From an uncultured Methanosarcinales archaeon (GTDB lineage: Archaea > Nanobdellota > Nanobdellia > Woesearchaeales > WJKV01), in assembly GCA_964576505.1 (NCBI GenBank), contig CAZNVD010000004.1, positions 29,225 through 71,614 on the forward strand: a stretch of 42,390 bases of DNA, read 5' to 3'. Shown piece after piece: positions 1 to 9,264 of this stretch (the first letter of the stretch is position 1; every line of letters begins with the position of its first letter). The notes beneath the pieces were generated by a model. It worked only from the letters and a program-made list of their open reading frames with translations, did no database searches and was not told the origin of the DNA. The translations under genes and the position numbers were made by a program.

Positions 1-1
1 A

Positions 2-696
2 CTTCAATCTTGTGAGGGCGTGCTCCAGCGTTTTGTGTATCACTTGGAAAGAAAAGAGGGGTGGCATGTTCACATCAGCTTTGTTATTCTACTGATATTT
101 CAACTTTGTTTGGATGTGATCTGATTATTGAAGCGGTTATTGAGGACATGAATGTAAAGAAATCATTGTTTAAGAAACTTAAGAAACATAGCTTTAGAAA
201 TACCATAGTTGCAAGTAATACCAGTAGCTTGTCAATATCTAAACTTGCAGCTAGTTATCATAGTCCTAGCAAGTTTATCGGGATGCATTTCATGAATCCT
301 GCAGATAAGATTGCGCTTGTTGAAGTTATTCCTGGAAAGAGAACGAGTAAAGCAGTGGTTAATAGTGTTATGAAGTTTCTTGAAAAAACTGGAAAGAAGC
401 CCGTGCTTGTTAAGGATGTACCCGGGTTTGCGGTAAATAGATTAGTAATTCCTATAATTAATCGGGCTTGTTTACTGGTTGAGCAGAAAGCTGCTACAGT
501 TGAAGATATAGATTTAATTATGAAGAATCTCGGGTTTCCAATGGGACCTTTTGAGCTTGCAGATTTAATTGGAATTGATGTTGTTGTGGCAATTCTCCGA
601 AATATAGGGGAAAAACCTTCAAAGCTGCTTTTGCATAAAATAAAGAAAAAACATATTGGAATGAAAAGCAAACAAGGGTTTTACAAAAGAAAGTAA
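2..696 (+). CDS. 3-hydroxyacyl-CoA dehydrogenase family protein (5'-partial; probable frameshift near 58-61)
   Basis: Family motifs DLIIEAVIED, ASNTSSLSI, GMHFMNPA, LVEVI, KDVPGF.VNR and PMGPFELADLIGIDV in ORF 61..696. Frame 1 has a TGA at 13-15, while frame 2 (LQSCEGVLQRFVYHLERKEG) is open and could be the missing upstream helix. Confidence 0.85.
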
Positions 697-748
697 AAGA
701 AACAAGTTTCTTTTGAGTCAATAGATTCCTGAATCCGTAAGACTCAAA
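695..748. other. Nested inverted repeats in the spacer before herA
   Basis: AAAAGAAAC-aa-GTTTCTTTT (695-714), plus TTTGAGTC (712-719)/GACTCAAA (741-748) enclosing GATTC-ct-GAATC. Confidence 0.5.
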
Positions 749-771
749 TACTTCTTCGTATTCGGCATATT

Positions 772-2310
772 GTGACAGTCGGGACCATTGTGTGGGGAAA
801 ATTTGGTGAAATATGTGTACGACAACAATCAGAGGCTGAAATTGAGCTTGGGGAGCTTCTGATTGCTGAAGGAAATAAGCAGAAAATTCTATTGCAGGTT
901 TATGATTTATTGCATGGGTCGCAACTGAGTACGCAGAAACGTGAAATGATTTCTGGAATGGAACTTGAAGAAGAGCATCAATATGAATTGATGGAGCCGC
1001 ATCTTCGGAACTATGTGCTGGCATTTGCAAAAAATGTATTGAGTCTTGCAGAAGGAAGTGTGAAACCGAATAAAGTGTTGCCTCATTTTATGGCTCCAGT
1101 ACGTGGTGTGAAGAAAGAAGATTTCGCATTTATGAGTCATGCTGCTTCACCACTGTTTCTTGGAAATCTAAGATCAGGAAGTAAAGTTTTAGATGTTCCC
1201 GTAAATCTTAATGGAGAGCTTGCATTGTCACATCACATTTTGATTCCTGCGTCAACTGGAAAAGGTAAATCAAATCTTCTTTCTGTGTTGCTGTGGAATG
1301 GGATGAAGCAGGATTATTGCAGTTTTCTGATATTAGATCCGCATGATGAATATTATGGAAGACATAAGCTCGGATTGAAAGATCATCCAACTGGTAAGAT
1401 TGCGTATTTTACAAGCAGACAGGTGCCTCCTGGTCAAAGGAGTCTTGTGATTAATTTATCACTGCTTAAGCCAGGACATTTTGATGGGTCGTATCCGTGG
1501 ACACCGGCTCAGAAGGAAGCCATGGGACTGGCGTATAAAGAGTTCAAAGATGAATGGATTCAGAGCATTATGCTTGATAAGTTGCCTACTCAATATGTTC
1601 ACGAAGGAACTGTTGGAGTGGTGAAAAGGAGATTGTCACAGATGCTTGATATTTCTGTTGTTAATGGTGAATTAGTTTGTGATGGATTGTTTAAGGATGA
1701 TGGAGGGGAAACTGTTGTTTCAGATATTATTTCTCTTCTTGAGAATCGGAAATCAGTTATTATTGATACATCATGTTATTCTAGTCCAGTTGAAATTTTA
1801 ATTGGTAGTTTATTATGTCATGAATTGTTTAGCAAGTTTCAGTATTATAGTAGAATTGGGACATTAGCACAAAAGCCTGTTGTTTCTATTGTTATTGAGG
1901 AAGCGCCACGGGTTTTAGGGAAAGATGTGCTGGAGCAGGGGCCAAACATATTTTCAACCATTTCACGGGAAGGGCGGAAGTTTAAAATCGGGTTGACTGC
2001 GGTGACTCAGTTACCGAGCTTGATACCAAAAGAAGTGCTTGCAAATATGAATACTAAAATCATTTTAGGTATGGAGATGAAGCCTGAGAGGCAAAGCATT
2101 ATTGAGTCGTCGTCGCAGGATTTGTCTCAAGATGGGCAGACGATTGCATCGCTTGACAAAGGTGAGGCGATTATTACTTCCACATTTTCTAAGTTTGCTA
2201 TTCCAGTGAAGATTCCTCTTTTTGAAGATGTTTGTAAAAAGGATCTTGAAAAATATAATGGGAAAGAGTATAAGATGAATATAGCCGGAATTAAGCAAGT
2301 AAGTCATTAG
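772..2310 (+). CDS. herA: HerA bipolar DNA helicase (HAS barrel + FtsK/HerA ATPase)
   Basis: [13 protein letters not shown] Walker A variant, [26 protein letters not shown] and TQLPS motifs; GTG start; next to mre11. Confidence 0.9.
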   Translation: MTVGTIVWGKFGEICVRQQSEAEIELGELLIAEGNKQKILLQVYDLLHGSQLSTQKREMISGMELEEEHQYELMEPHLRNYVLAFAKNVLSLAEGSVKPNKVLPHFMAPVRGVKKEDFAFMSHAASPLFLGNLRSGSKVLDVPVNLNGELALSHHILIPASTGKGKSNLLSVLLWNGMKQDYCSFLILDPHDEYYGRHKLGLKDHPTGKIAYFTSRQVPPGQRSLVINLSLLKPGHFDGSYPWTPAQKEAMGLAYKEFKDEWIQSIMLDKLPTQYVHEGTVGVVKRRLSQMLDISVVNGELVCDGLFKDDGGETVVSDIISLLENRKSVIIDTSCYSSPVEILIGSLLCHELFSKFQYYSRIGTLAQKPVVSIVIEEAPRVLGKDVLEQGPNIFSTISREGRKFKIGLTAVTQLPSLIPKEVLANMNTKIILGMEMKPERQSIIESSSQDLSQDGQTIASLDKGEAIITSTFSKFAIPVKIPLFEDVCKKDLEKYNGKEYKMNIAGIKQVSH

Positions 2311-2324
2311 GTTAGTAATAAAAC

Positions 2325-3518
2325 ATGAAATTTGCACATATCGCCGACTGCCATCTTGGAGGATGGAGAGAGGAAACGCTTCGCAATATGAGCCTTCACA
2401 TATTTGAGAGAGCTGTAAGCCGAGTGATTGCTGAGAAAGTTGATTTTGTGCTCTTTTGTGGGGATTTGTTTAATACTGCATTGCCGAGTCATGATAGTCT
2501 TCATGCAGCCATTAGTGGATTTGTGAAACTTCGCGATCATGGGATTCCGGTTTATTTAATTGCAGGAAGTCATGATTATAGCTCTTCAGGAAAAAGCTGG
2601 CTTGATCTTCTTGAGCCTACGAAAATATTTGTTAATGTTGCGAAAGTCAAAGAAGATAATGGTAAACTTAAAGTTGAGTTGACTCATGATCCTAAAACAG
2701 GGGTTGCATTAGCTGGAATGCTTGGGAAAAGAGGAGGGCTGGAAACTGAATACTATAAAATGCTTTCATATGATGGTGGGCATGATCGGGATAAGTCAAT
2801 ATTTTTGTTTCATTCGGCGCTTGAAGAATTGAAAGAGGAAGATATGCAGGCGATTGTGTCGCAGCCTCTTTCTTTGCTGCCTACAGGATTCTGGTATTAT
2901 GCAGGAGGACATGTTCATAGACGGCTTGTAAAAGATGTTGCATCGCACGGGCGGATTGTATATCCCGGGCCACTTTTTCCTAATAATTTCAAGGAGCTTG
3001 AAGAGACTACTGGTGGATTCTATATTGTTAATGATGGGGAAATGCAGTTTATTGAGAATAAAGAGGTAAAGGTTGTAAGTGTTAATGTGTCATGCGAAGG
3101 GAAGAAAGCGGAAGATGTCAGGGTGGAAGTTGAAACAAAGATAGAGAAAATTGATGTTGCTGGAAAGATTGTGCTTTTCAGAATGAGTGGACAACTTAGA
3201 GAGGGAAGTCTCAATGAAATACAGATACCTGAACTCATGAAAAAAATGTATGATTGCGGGGCGTTTCAAGTGCTGAGACATTCTGCTGGATTGCATGTAG
3301 TTGAGTTTCAAGAAGTTAAAGTTTCAGGGGAGACAGTAGGGGAGATTGAACAACATGTTATTGCTGAACATAAAGATCAGATCTCTGTTAATGGATTTAA
3401 GGAGACACAAGTGAATGATATGTTAAATAAACTTGGGATTGAAAAAATTGATGGAGAAACTGTAAAAGATTTTAATGATAGGGTGATAAAGGTAAGTGAA
3501 GAAATATTTGGGAAGTAA
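2325..3518 (+). CDS. mre11: Mre11/SbcD DNA double-strand break repair nuclease
   Basis: Metallophosphoesterase motifs ADCHLG, GDLF, GSHD, GGHVH and VYPGP; follows herA. Confidence 0.92.
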   Translation: MKFAHIADCHLGGWREETLRNMSLHIFERAVSRVIAEKVDFVLFCGDLFNTALPSHDSLHAAISGFVKLRDHGIPVYLIAGSHDYSSSGKSWLDLLEPTKIFVNVAKVKEDNGKLKVELTHDPKTGVALAGMLGKRGGLETEYYKMLSYDGGHDRDKSIFLFHSALEELKEEDMQAIVSQPLSLLPTGFWYYAGGHVHRRLVKDVASHGRIVYPGPLFPNNFKELEETTGGFYIVNDGEMQFIENKEVKVVSVNVSCEGKKAEDVRVEVETKIEKIDVAGKIVLFRMSGQLREGSLNEIQIPELMKKMYDCGAFQVLRHSAGLHVVEFQEVKVSGETVGEIEQHVIAEHKDQISVNGFKETQVNDMLNKLGIEKIDGETVKDFNDRVIKVSEEIFGK

Positions 3519-3545
3519 GTACTGGTGCAAACAAGTTATATCCTC

Positions 3546-3687
3546 TGTTGACGGCACGACGCTCAATTGCGTAGCAATTGAGCTACTCGACACAAAAGAA
3601 AAGCTCTGCTTTTCTTTGTGCATAGAAAGCTAAAGGCTTTCTATTGCACCCCGTAGGGGGCATCCCCCCTCGAGTCGTGCGTCAACA
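3546..3687. repeat. Branched palindromic element, family A copy 1 (REP/BIME-like or structured ncRNA)
   Basis: Terminal arms TGTTGACG(G)CACGAC / GTCGTGCGTCAACA and four internal hairpins. The 22-mer ACCCCGTAGGGGGCATCCCCCC (3648-3669) is identical to 39970-39991. Confidence 0.8.
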
Positions 3688-3700
3688 AGAAATAATTTCG

Positions 3701-5140
3701 CTACTTAATCAGCTTCTTTAGAATTGAAAGAACTTTTGCTGGATCAGCGGCGCCTTTTGTCTGTTTCATGATCTGGCCGACTAAGAAGTTTAATGCTTTT
3801 TCTTCGCCTTTCTTGAAATCTTCAATTGCTTTTGGATTGCTGTCAAGCGCTTTTTTGCACATTGACTCAAGTTCATTGGAATTGTCTACTTTTTGTAATC
3901 CTTGCTTTTTGATGAACTCTTTTGGAGAAAATGATTTTTCCATTAATTGTTCTAAAATTTTCTTTGCAACTGTGTCTGTGATGTCGCCTTTTTGCAGCAG
4001 GTCGAGAAGTTCCACCAGATTTTCTGAAGTCATAGGAACTTCATGGGCTGCTTTTTCCTGATAATTGAGGACTCTTAATAGTTCAGATCTGAACCAGCGC
4101 TCTGCAAGTTTTGGATCAATCTTTTTCAGGACGGTTTCAAATAATTCTGCTAGGCTAATGTCTGATGCAATGATTTTTGCATTTTCTTTTGAGATTCCTG
4201 CCTTTTCAAATTTCTTGATTTTTTGGTCTGGTTTTTCTGGTAGAGTTTTGTTTAAAGATTGAATATATTTTTCTTCAAGGAAGATTGTTGGAAGATCTGG
4301 CTCTGGAATGAAACGGTAATCTGCGGCCTGCTCTTTTTTTCTCATGAAGAATGTAGCTTGTTTTTCGTCATTCCACATTCTTGTTTCCTGAGAATCCATT
4401 TTTTCTGAGTGCTGACGCTTTACTTCAAAATTAATTGCGGCTGCAATTGATTTCAATGAATTTACATTCTTAATTTCAGCTCTGATATAATTTGGAGGAA
4501 TGCTGATGTTTACGTCGCACTTAATACCTGAAGCCGAGTCAATTGCGTCTATGTATGATAATGCATTTAGGAGACTCTTCAGCCATTCTACTACTTGTTC
4601 AGGACTTGTGAAATCCGGGTCTGTGACAATTTCTGCTAATGGGAATCCGCATCGATTGTAGTCAACAAGTCCTGTTTTTGGATCCCATTTTGCTGGGTCT
4701 TCTTCCAGGTGTATTTGTTGAATACCTATGCCGAGAAATGTTCCTTTTGTTCCAACTGGAAATGAATAGGAGCCAGACATTGTTTTCTGAAAACCGTTTG
4801 GTAAGTCTGGCCAGTCGTAGTGTTTACGTTGGAACATTAACTTCTTACTTATTTTGCAATCGAGAAATAGTCCGCATTTGATAATTTTGTCAACTGCTTC
4901 TTTATTTGGAAGCATGGGCTTGCTTCCAGGTTGGGCTGTACAGACAGGACAAACATTGGTATTTGATTCTGAGTCCTGGTTAATATTGCAGTTGCAGAAT
5001 AATTTCTTTTTTGTTTTGGACATCCGCAGGTAACCGTGGATTTCAAGGCCTATTTTAGGAATGATTGTAGATTTAGTTTTATTGATATTTTTTGTGTCAG
5101 GTTGTGATTTCATTTCAGGAATTTGATTTTTGTGAAACAA
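3701..5140 (-). CDS. gatB: Asp-tRNA(Asn)/Glu-tRNA(Gln) amidotransferase subunit B (start uncertain, possibly 5113)
   Basis: IGLEIH, RKHYDWPDLP, IHLEEDPAK, DYNRCG.PL.EIVT.PD, EIKNVNS, DYRFIPEPDLP; C-terminal Yqey-like NFLVGQIMK. Confidence 0.95.
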   Translation of the reverse strand: MFHKNQIPEMKSQPDTKNINKTKSTIIPKIGLEIHGYLRMSKTKKKLFCNCNINQDSESNTNVCPVCTAQPGSKPMLPNKEAVDKIIKCGLFLDCKISKKLMFQRKHYDWPDLPNGFQKTMSGSYSFPVGTKGTFLGIGIQQIHLEEDPAKWDPKTGLVDYNRCGFPLAEIVTDPDFTSPEQVVEWLKSLLNALSYIDAIDSASGIKCDVNISIPPNYIRAEIKNVNSLKSIAAAINFEVKRQHSEKMDSQETRMWNDEKQATFFMRKKEQAADYRFIPEPDLPTIFLEEKYIQSLNKTLPEKPDQKIKKFEKAGISKENAKIIASDISLAELFETVLKKIDPKLAERWFRSELLRVLNYQEKAAHEVPMTSENLVELLDLLQKGDITDTVAKKILEQLMEKSFSPKEFIKKQGLQKVDNSNELESMCKKALDSNPKAIEDFKKGEEKALNFLVGQIMKQTKGAADPAKVLSILKKLIK

Positions 5141-5151
5141 ATTGTATTTAA

Positions 5152-6936
5152 TTATTCTTTATCTTTAGGTGGAGCTGCTTTTATGTCTACTTTGATGTGG
5201 GCGTCCTTTAATAATCTCTGATCTATTTCGCCAGGGCAACCATCCATTGGACATTGCGCCTTTTTGTTTTTCGGGAATGCGACAACTTCCCTGATGTCGT
5301 TGTAGCCGCACATTAATGCTACTAATCTGTCGAATCCTAAGGCGATTCCGCCGTGTGGAGGGGCACCGAATGTGAATGCATCTAATAAAAATGCGAATTT
5401 CTTTCTTGCTTCTTCTTCCTTTAGGCCTATAACTGCGAATGCTCTCTTTTGAAGTTCAGGTATGTTGATTCTGATTGAGCCTGAACCTAATTCTACTCCA
5501 TTCAAGACTACATCATAATGAGTACCTAGTGCAGATGCAGGGTCTTTGTCAAATGTATCTTTATGTTCAGGAAGTGGAGCGGTGAATACATGGTGTGTAG
5601 ATGCCCAGGTATTGTTTTCTTCGTCGTGTTCGAAAAGCGGGAATTCAAGAATCCAGCAGAATTTGTAGATATTCTGGTCAAGCAATCCTTTTTCTTTTGC
5701 AATTCTTTGTCTAAGTTGAGATAATACTGTGTTTGCAACTTTTTCTGAATCTGCCATGAATAATAATAAGTCGCCGTCTTTTGCATTCAACTTTTTGATT
5801 AATGATTTTTGAAGTTCAGGTGAGAAATATTTTACAATGTTGCTGTCTAATTTGCCGGCTTCTACTTTCATCCATGCTAATCCTTTGGCGCCATGTTCTT
5901 TTGCGAAATCAGTCCATTCTCCTTCAATCTGTTTTCTTGATAATGATCCTAATCCTTCTGCGTTTATTGCTTTGACAACTCCGCCTTGCTGGATTGATGA
6001 TTTGAATACTGAGAAATCTGATGCCTTTGCTAGGTCTGAAATGTTTTTCAGCTCTAATTCGTATCTTAAATCTGGTTTGTCACAACCATATTTGTCCATG
6101 GCTTCTTTGTAGGTAAGTCTTTGGAATGGTGGCTTAATTGTGATGCCTAAAACATCTTTCCACATTTTTACAAGGATACCTTCGATTACTGCAATAACAT
6201 CTTCTGCCTGGACGAAGCTCATCTCAATATCAATCTGAGTAAATTCTGGTTGACGGTCTGCTCTCAGGTCCTCGTCTCGCATGCATCTTGCTATTTGATA
6301 ATAACGATCGCATCCTGCAACCATCAAGAGCTGCTTGTATACTTGTGGTGACTCTGCCAGACCATAGAATTGTCCTGGGTTGACTCTTGACGGAACTAAA
6401 TAGTTTCTTGCTCCGCCTGGTGTTGAACGAATTAATATTGGAGTTTCTATTTCCATGAAATGTTGTTCGTTTAAGTATGATCTTGCTGCCTGGGCTGCTT
6501 TGTGTCTGATTAAAAGATGCTTTTGCATCATTGGCCTTCTCAAATCTAAGTAACGATATTGTAACCGGATGTCTTCAGAGGCTAGTTTTCGATCATCAAT
6601 TTCAATAGGCGGAGTGTCTGCTTTGTTGAGAACTTTTATTTCAGAAGTTGTTATTTCAATTTCACCTGTTGGAAGATGTTTGTTGATCATCTCTTTTGGT
6701 CTTGGTGAAACTGTTCCTTCTGCTTCTACTACGAATTCTCTTTTGATTGTTTCAGCTACTTTGAAAGCAGCTTTATTTTTTGGATCAATTACAACTTGAG
6801 TGATGCCATAGCGATCTCTCAAGTCTATGAATAATAAACCACCATGGTCTCTAATAGATTGAGCCCAGCCTTGAAGAATTACTTTTTGCTTAAGGTGCTT
6901 TGAAGTTAGTTCACCACAAGTGTGAGTACGTTTCAT
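5152..6936 (-). CDS. aspS: Aspartate--tRNA ligase, bacterial type with GAD insertion (probably non-discriminating)
   Basis: MKRTHTCGEL, RDHGG.FIDLRDRYG, RYLDLRR, RDEDLRADRQPEFTQ.D.EMSF, GAPPHGGIALGFDR; 594 aa. Confidence 0.96.
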   Translation of the reverse strand: MKRTHTCGELTSKHLKQKVILQGWAQSIRDHGGLLFIDLRDRYGITQVVIDPKNKAAFKVAETIKREFVVEAEGTVSPRPKEMINKHLPTGEIEITTSEIKVLNKADTPPIEIDDRKLASEDIRLQYRYLDLRRPMMQKHLLIRHKAAQAARSYLNEQHFMEIETPILIRSTPGGARNYLVPSRVNPGQFYGLAESPQVYKQLLMVAGCDRYYQIARCMRDEDLRADRQPEFTQIDIEMSFVQAEDVIAVIEGILVKMWKDVLGITIKPPFQRLTYKEAMDKYGCDKPDLRYELELKNISDLAKASDFSVFKSSIQQGGVVKAINAEGLGSLSRKQIEGEWTDFAKEHGAKGLAWMKVEAGKLDSNIVKYFSPELQKSLIKKLNAKDGDLLLFMADSEKVANTVLSQLRQRIAKEKGLLDQNIYKFCWILEFPLFEHDEENNTWASTHHVFTAPLPEHKDTFDKDPASALGTHYDVVLNGVELGSGSIRINIPELQKRAFAVIGLKEEEARKKFAFLLDAFTFGAPPHGGIALGFDRLVALMCGYNDIREVVAFPKNKKAQCPMDGCPGEIDQRLLKDAHIKVDIKAAPPKDKE

Positions 6937-6994
6937 AGCATGACTTTAATTATGGAGGTTTATAAATCTTATTGAAGGAAGAATCAGATCTCTT

Positions 6995-7222
6995 TTAGTC
7001 TTTAAAAATAGAAGGATAGCCTTTTCTGTTCTTAATATTATATAATTGAGCTATTTTTTCTGGGCCACCAGGCTGGTTGACAAGTTTTTTGATTGTTTCG
7101 TTTGCCTTATCAAATATAGCATTGATAAATGCAGTATGGTGCTTTTTCCAGTCTGGATTTGTTAGCACGTAATTTGCCCAGCGTTCAATCTGTTCTTTAC
7201 GAGAATCTCTTACTAACGGCAT
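6995..7222 (-). CDS. Small hypothetical protein coupled to a nucleotidyltransferase (possible TA partner)
   Basis: 75-aa ATG ORF overlapping the stop of the upstream NTase gene by 10 bp. Confidence 0.6.
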   Translation of the reverse strand: MPLVRDSRKEQIERWANYVLTNPDWKKHHTAFINAIFDKANETIKKLVNQPGGPEKIAQLYNIKNRKGYPSIFKD

Positions 7223-7770
7223 TTTTTAATCATCTCCTTGATTCTATTTATTTCACCCTCATCGATTTCATCCTTAAATATTGTTCGTAAATGGTGAGCA
7301 TCATCTAGGTCTTTTGGTGACTTTAAATACTCTTCCTTGAAAGCTATGTTCATCTCAATTGAGCTGAACCATACATCTAAATCAGTTAAGGGAATTTTCT
7401 TCCTTGTTTGTAATTGGTAATTGTCTAATACATCTTTAGCAAATTTCAATTCCATTTCAGGTAATGGGGTTTCTTTACTTGTATATCTAACTGAAACGTT
7501 TTTGTCTAAGTAATCATGATAGATAATTTGTGGATTGTCTGATTGCATACATATAAAACCATGTTTTATGAGATCGTTGTGAAGATCTGAAAACTTCTGC
7601 TCAGTCAGGCGCTCTACAATTACATCAATATCTTCTGTTCCTCGTGTCCTTCCTGAAGCAATAGCAACGAAGCCTGAGACAACTATGTATTTTCCATGCT
7701 TCTCTAAAATATTGCAAAATGTTTCACAGAATTTGTCTAACACATTGCGGTCATCAACAGAACGGTTCAT
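7213..7770 (-). CDS. Pol-beta-superfamily nucleotidyltransferase (AbiEii/DUF6036-like)
   Basis: VVSGFVAIASGRTRGTEDIDVIV (G...R.T.D.D motif) and C-terminal K...PKDLDD; ATG at 7770 has a TATA-like box upstream. Confidence 0.75.
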   Translation of the reverse strand: MNRSVDDRNVLDKFCETFCNILEKHGKYIVVSGFVAIASGRTRGTEDIDVIVERLTEQKFSDLHNDLIKHGFICMQSDNPQIIYHDYLDKNVSVRYTSKETPLPEMELKFAKDVLDNYQLQTRKKIPLTDLDVWFSSIEMNIAFKEEYLKSPKDLDDAHHLRTIFKDEIDEGEINRIKEMIKKCR

Positions 7771-7867
7771 GTAATCTTTTATGCATTTATAATATAAAAG
7801 GGTTGTGGCTGCATATGGCTTGTGAGGCATAGTAAGGTATTAAAGGAAATGGTGTTTGCCTCATAAT

Positions 7868-8980
7868 ATGAGCCTTTCGGAATCTATTGCATATTATGAA
7901 CATCATTATTTAAGAGAAAGAATGCATAGATGGCTGAAACCAAGGCAACTTGTAAAGGCACAATCTGCTGGGCGACATATAATGCAATACCTGCTTTCTA
8001 AAGAAGATTTAGGTGTACAGGTAATTCAATTTCCTAAAAGAAAAATTGTAAATGGAATTGAATTCAGGAGTCCTGTGGGAATTGCAGCTGGTTATGATAA
8101 AGTTGGAAAGCTTGTTGATATTTCCTATAATCAAGGGGCTGGGTATATGATTGTGGGATCGTTGACTGCTAAGAAACGAGATGGTAATGTGATTGAAGGA
8201 ATAAGGCATCCTTGTTTGTTGCTTCCCGATGGAAGTGCTGTTAATTGTTTAGGGTTGCCGAATCCCGGTTATGAAGGAGTCAAGGTAGAGTCAAAATATA
8301 AAGCATTTCCTGTTGGAATAAGTTTATCTGAGGATAATCAAATTTCTGATGATGCGGAACGGGTGAGGGCTTTGCTTACAGGGTTTGATGTTTTTGTTGC
8401 TCAAGCTGCATTTTTTGAACTTAATCTGTCGTGTCCGAATACAGGAGAGAAGATTCAAGATAGTGCGCAATTCTATTATGTTGTTGATACTGTAGGGGAC
8501 AAGCTTAGACAGTTGCGTAGTGTTGAAGATAAAAATATAGTGTGCTATGCTAAATTTTCTGTTGATACACCACTTGAGAAATTGGAGGAGATTATTCCTT
8601 TTCTTTATGATAAAGGCTTTTCTGGGATTAATCTAGGGAATACTTCTACTAAAGATTTGAAATACAAAGTGCTTGATAAAGATAAGGAGGCTTATTTGTG
8701 GTTTAAAGATAAAATTGGAGGAGGGGTGAGTGGGCCTTTGATTCATCATCTTGCTTTTAATGCATGCAAAACTGCACGGGATGTTATTGATGATTTTGGT
8801 TTGGGTGGTCAGTTTACACTGATTGGAACGGGAGGAATTACACATGCTGCTGATGTGAATAAATTCTTGTATGAGGCAGGGTGCGATCTTGTTCAACGGT
8901 TATCCGGACACTGGGATGGGTTTAGCAGGAGTGGTCATCTCTTGTATCAGCACTTGTATAGTTCTTTAGGATGGATTTAG
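7868..8980 (+). CDS. pyrD: Dihydroorotate dehydrogenase
   Basis: SPVGIAAGYDK, NCLGLPNPG, ELNLSCPN, GNT, GGVSG, IGTGGI and AGCDLVQ FMN-barrel motifs. Confidence 0.88.
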   Translation: MSLSESIAYYEHHYLRERMHRWLKPRQLVKAQSAGRHIMQYLLSKEDLGVQVIQFPKRKIVNGIEFRSPVGIAAGYDKVGKLVDISYNQGAGYMIVGSLTAKKRDGNVIEGIRHPCLLLPDGSAVNCLGLPNPGYEGVKVESKYKAFPVGISLSEDNQISDDAERVRALLTGFDVFVAQAAFFELNLSCPNTGEKIQDSAQFYYVVDTVGDKLRQLRSVEDKNIVCYAKFSVDTPLEKLEEIIPFLYDKGFSGINLGNTSTKDLKYKVLDKDKEAYLWFKDKIGGGVSGPLIHHLAFNACKTARDVIDDFGLGGQFTLIGTGGITHAADVNKFLYEAGCDLVQRLSGHWDGFSRSGHLLYQHLYSSLGWI

Positions 8981-8990
8981 AATGGGTCTA
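8978..8990. promoter_or_regulatory. Degenerate copy of the TRGAMT-N-RGTCYA palindrome
   Basis: TAGAAT-G-GGTCTA; centre 53 bp before ATG 9037 and 24 bp before ATTATAAA. Confidence 0.5.
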
Positions 8991-9036
8991 AAAATTCTAT
9001 GAAAAAGATTATAAATAAATAAAGAATAATAAGAAG

Positions 9037-9264
9037 ATGGTTGAATCTAAGTTAAAGCTATCAGTGGCAGAATTCTGGAAGGAATTTGATAATACTGTGA
9101 AAAATGGGAAACATAAAGAAATGAGCTTGAAGGAACTTGAAGCTCACATAGAAAGTATAAGAGGTTCAGTCAAGACAAAAACTACTGAAGAAGAATATGA
9201 AAGGGCACGAACTGAAGCATTTGAAGAGTTATATGGAGAATTATGTGACAAGAATTCAAAGTAA
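9037..9264 (+). CDS. Small charged hypothetical protein (antitoxin-like)
   Basis: 75 aa, ATG with TATA about 25 bp upstream; ends in ERARTEAFEELY; converges on the PIN gene. Confidence 0.6.
   Translation: MVESKLKLSVAEFWKEFDNTVKNGKHKEMSLKELEAHIESIRGSVKTKTTEEEYERARTEAFEELYGELCDKNSK

Noticed and set aside
258-1030. Minus-strand ORFs 258..671 and 518..1030, and similar long antisense ORFs (16650..17138, 20352..20786)
   Set aside because: They overlap well-supported genes on the opposite strand and have no recognisable motifs
3546-3687. tRNA, SRP RNA or integron attC interpretation of family A
   Set aside because: There is no T-loop GTTCRA or D-loop pattern and no SRP helix-8 motif. The ends read GTT...AAC, the reverse order of attC (RYYYAAC...GTTRRRY).
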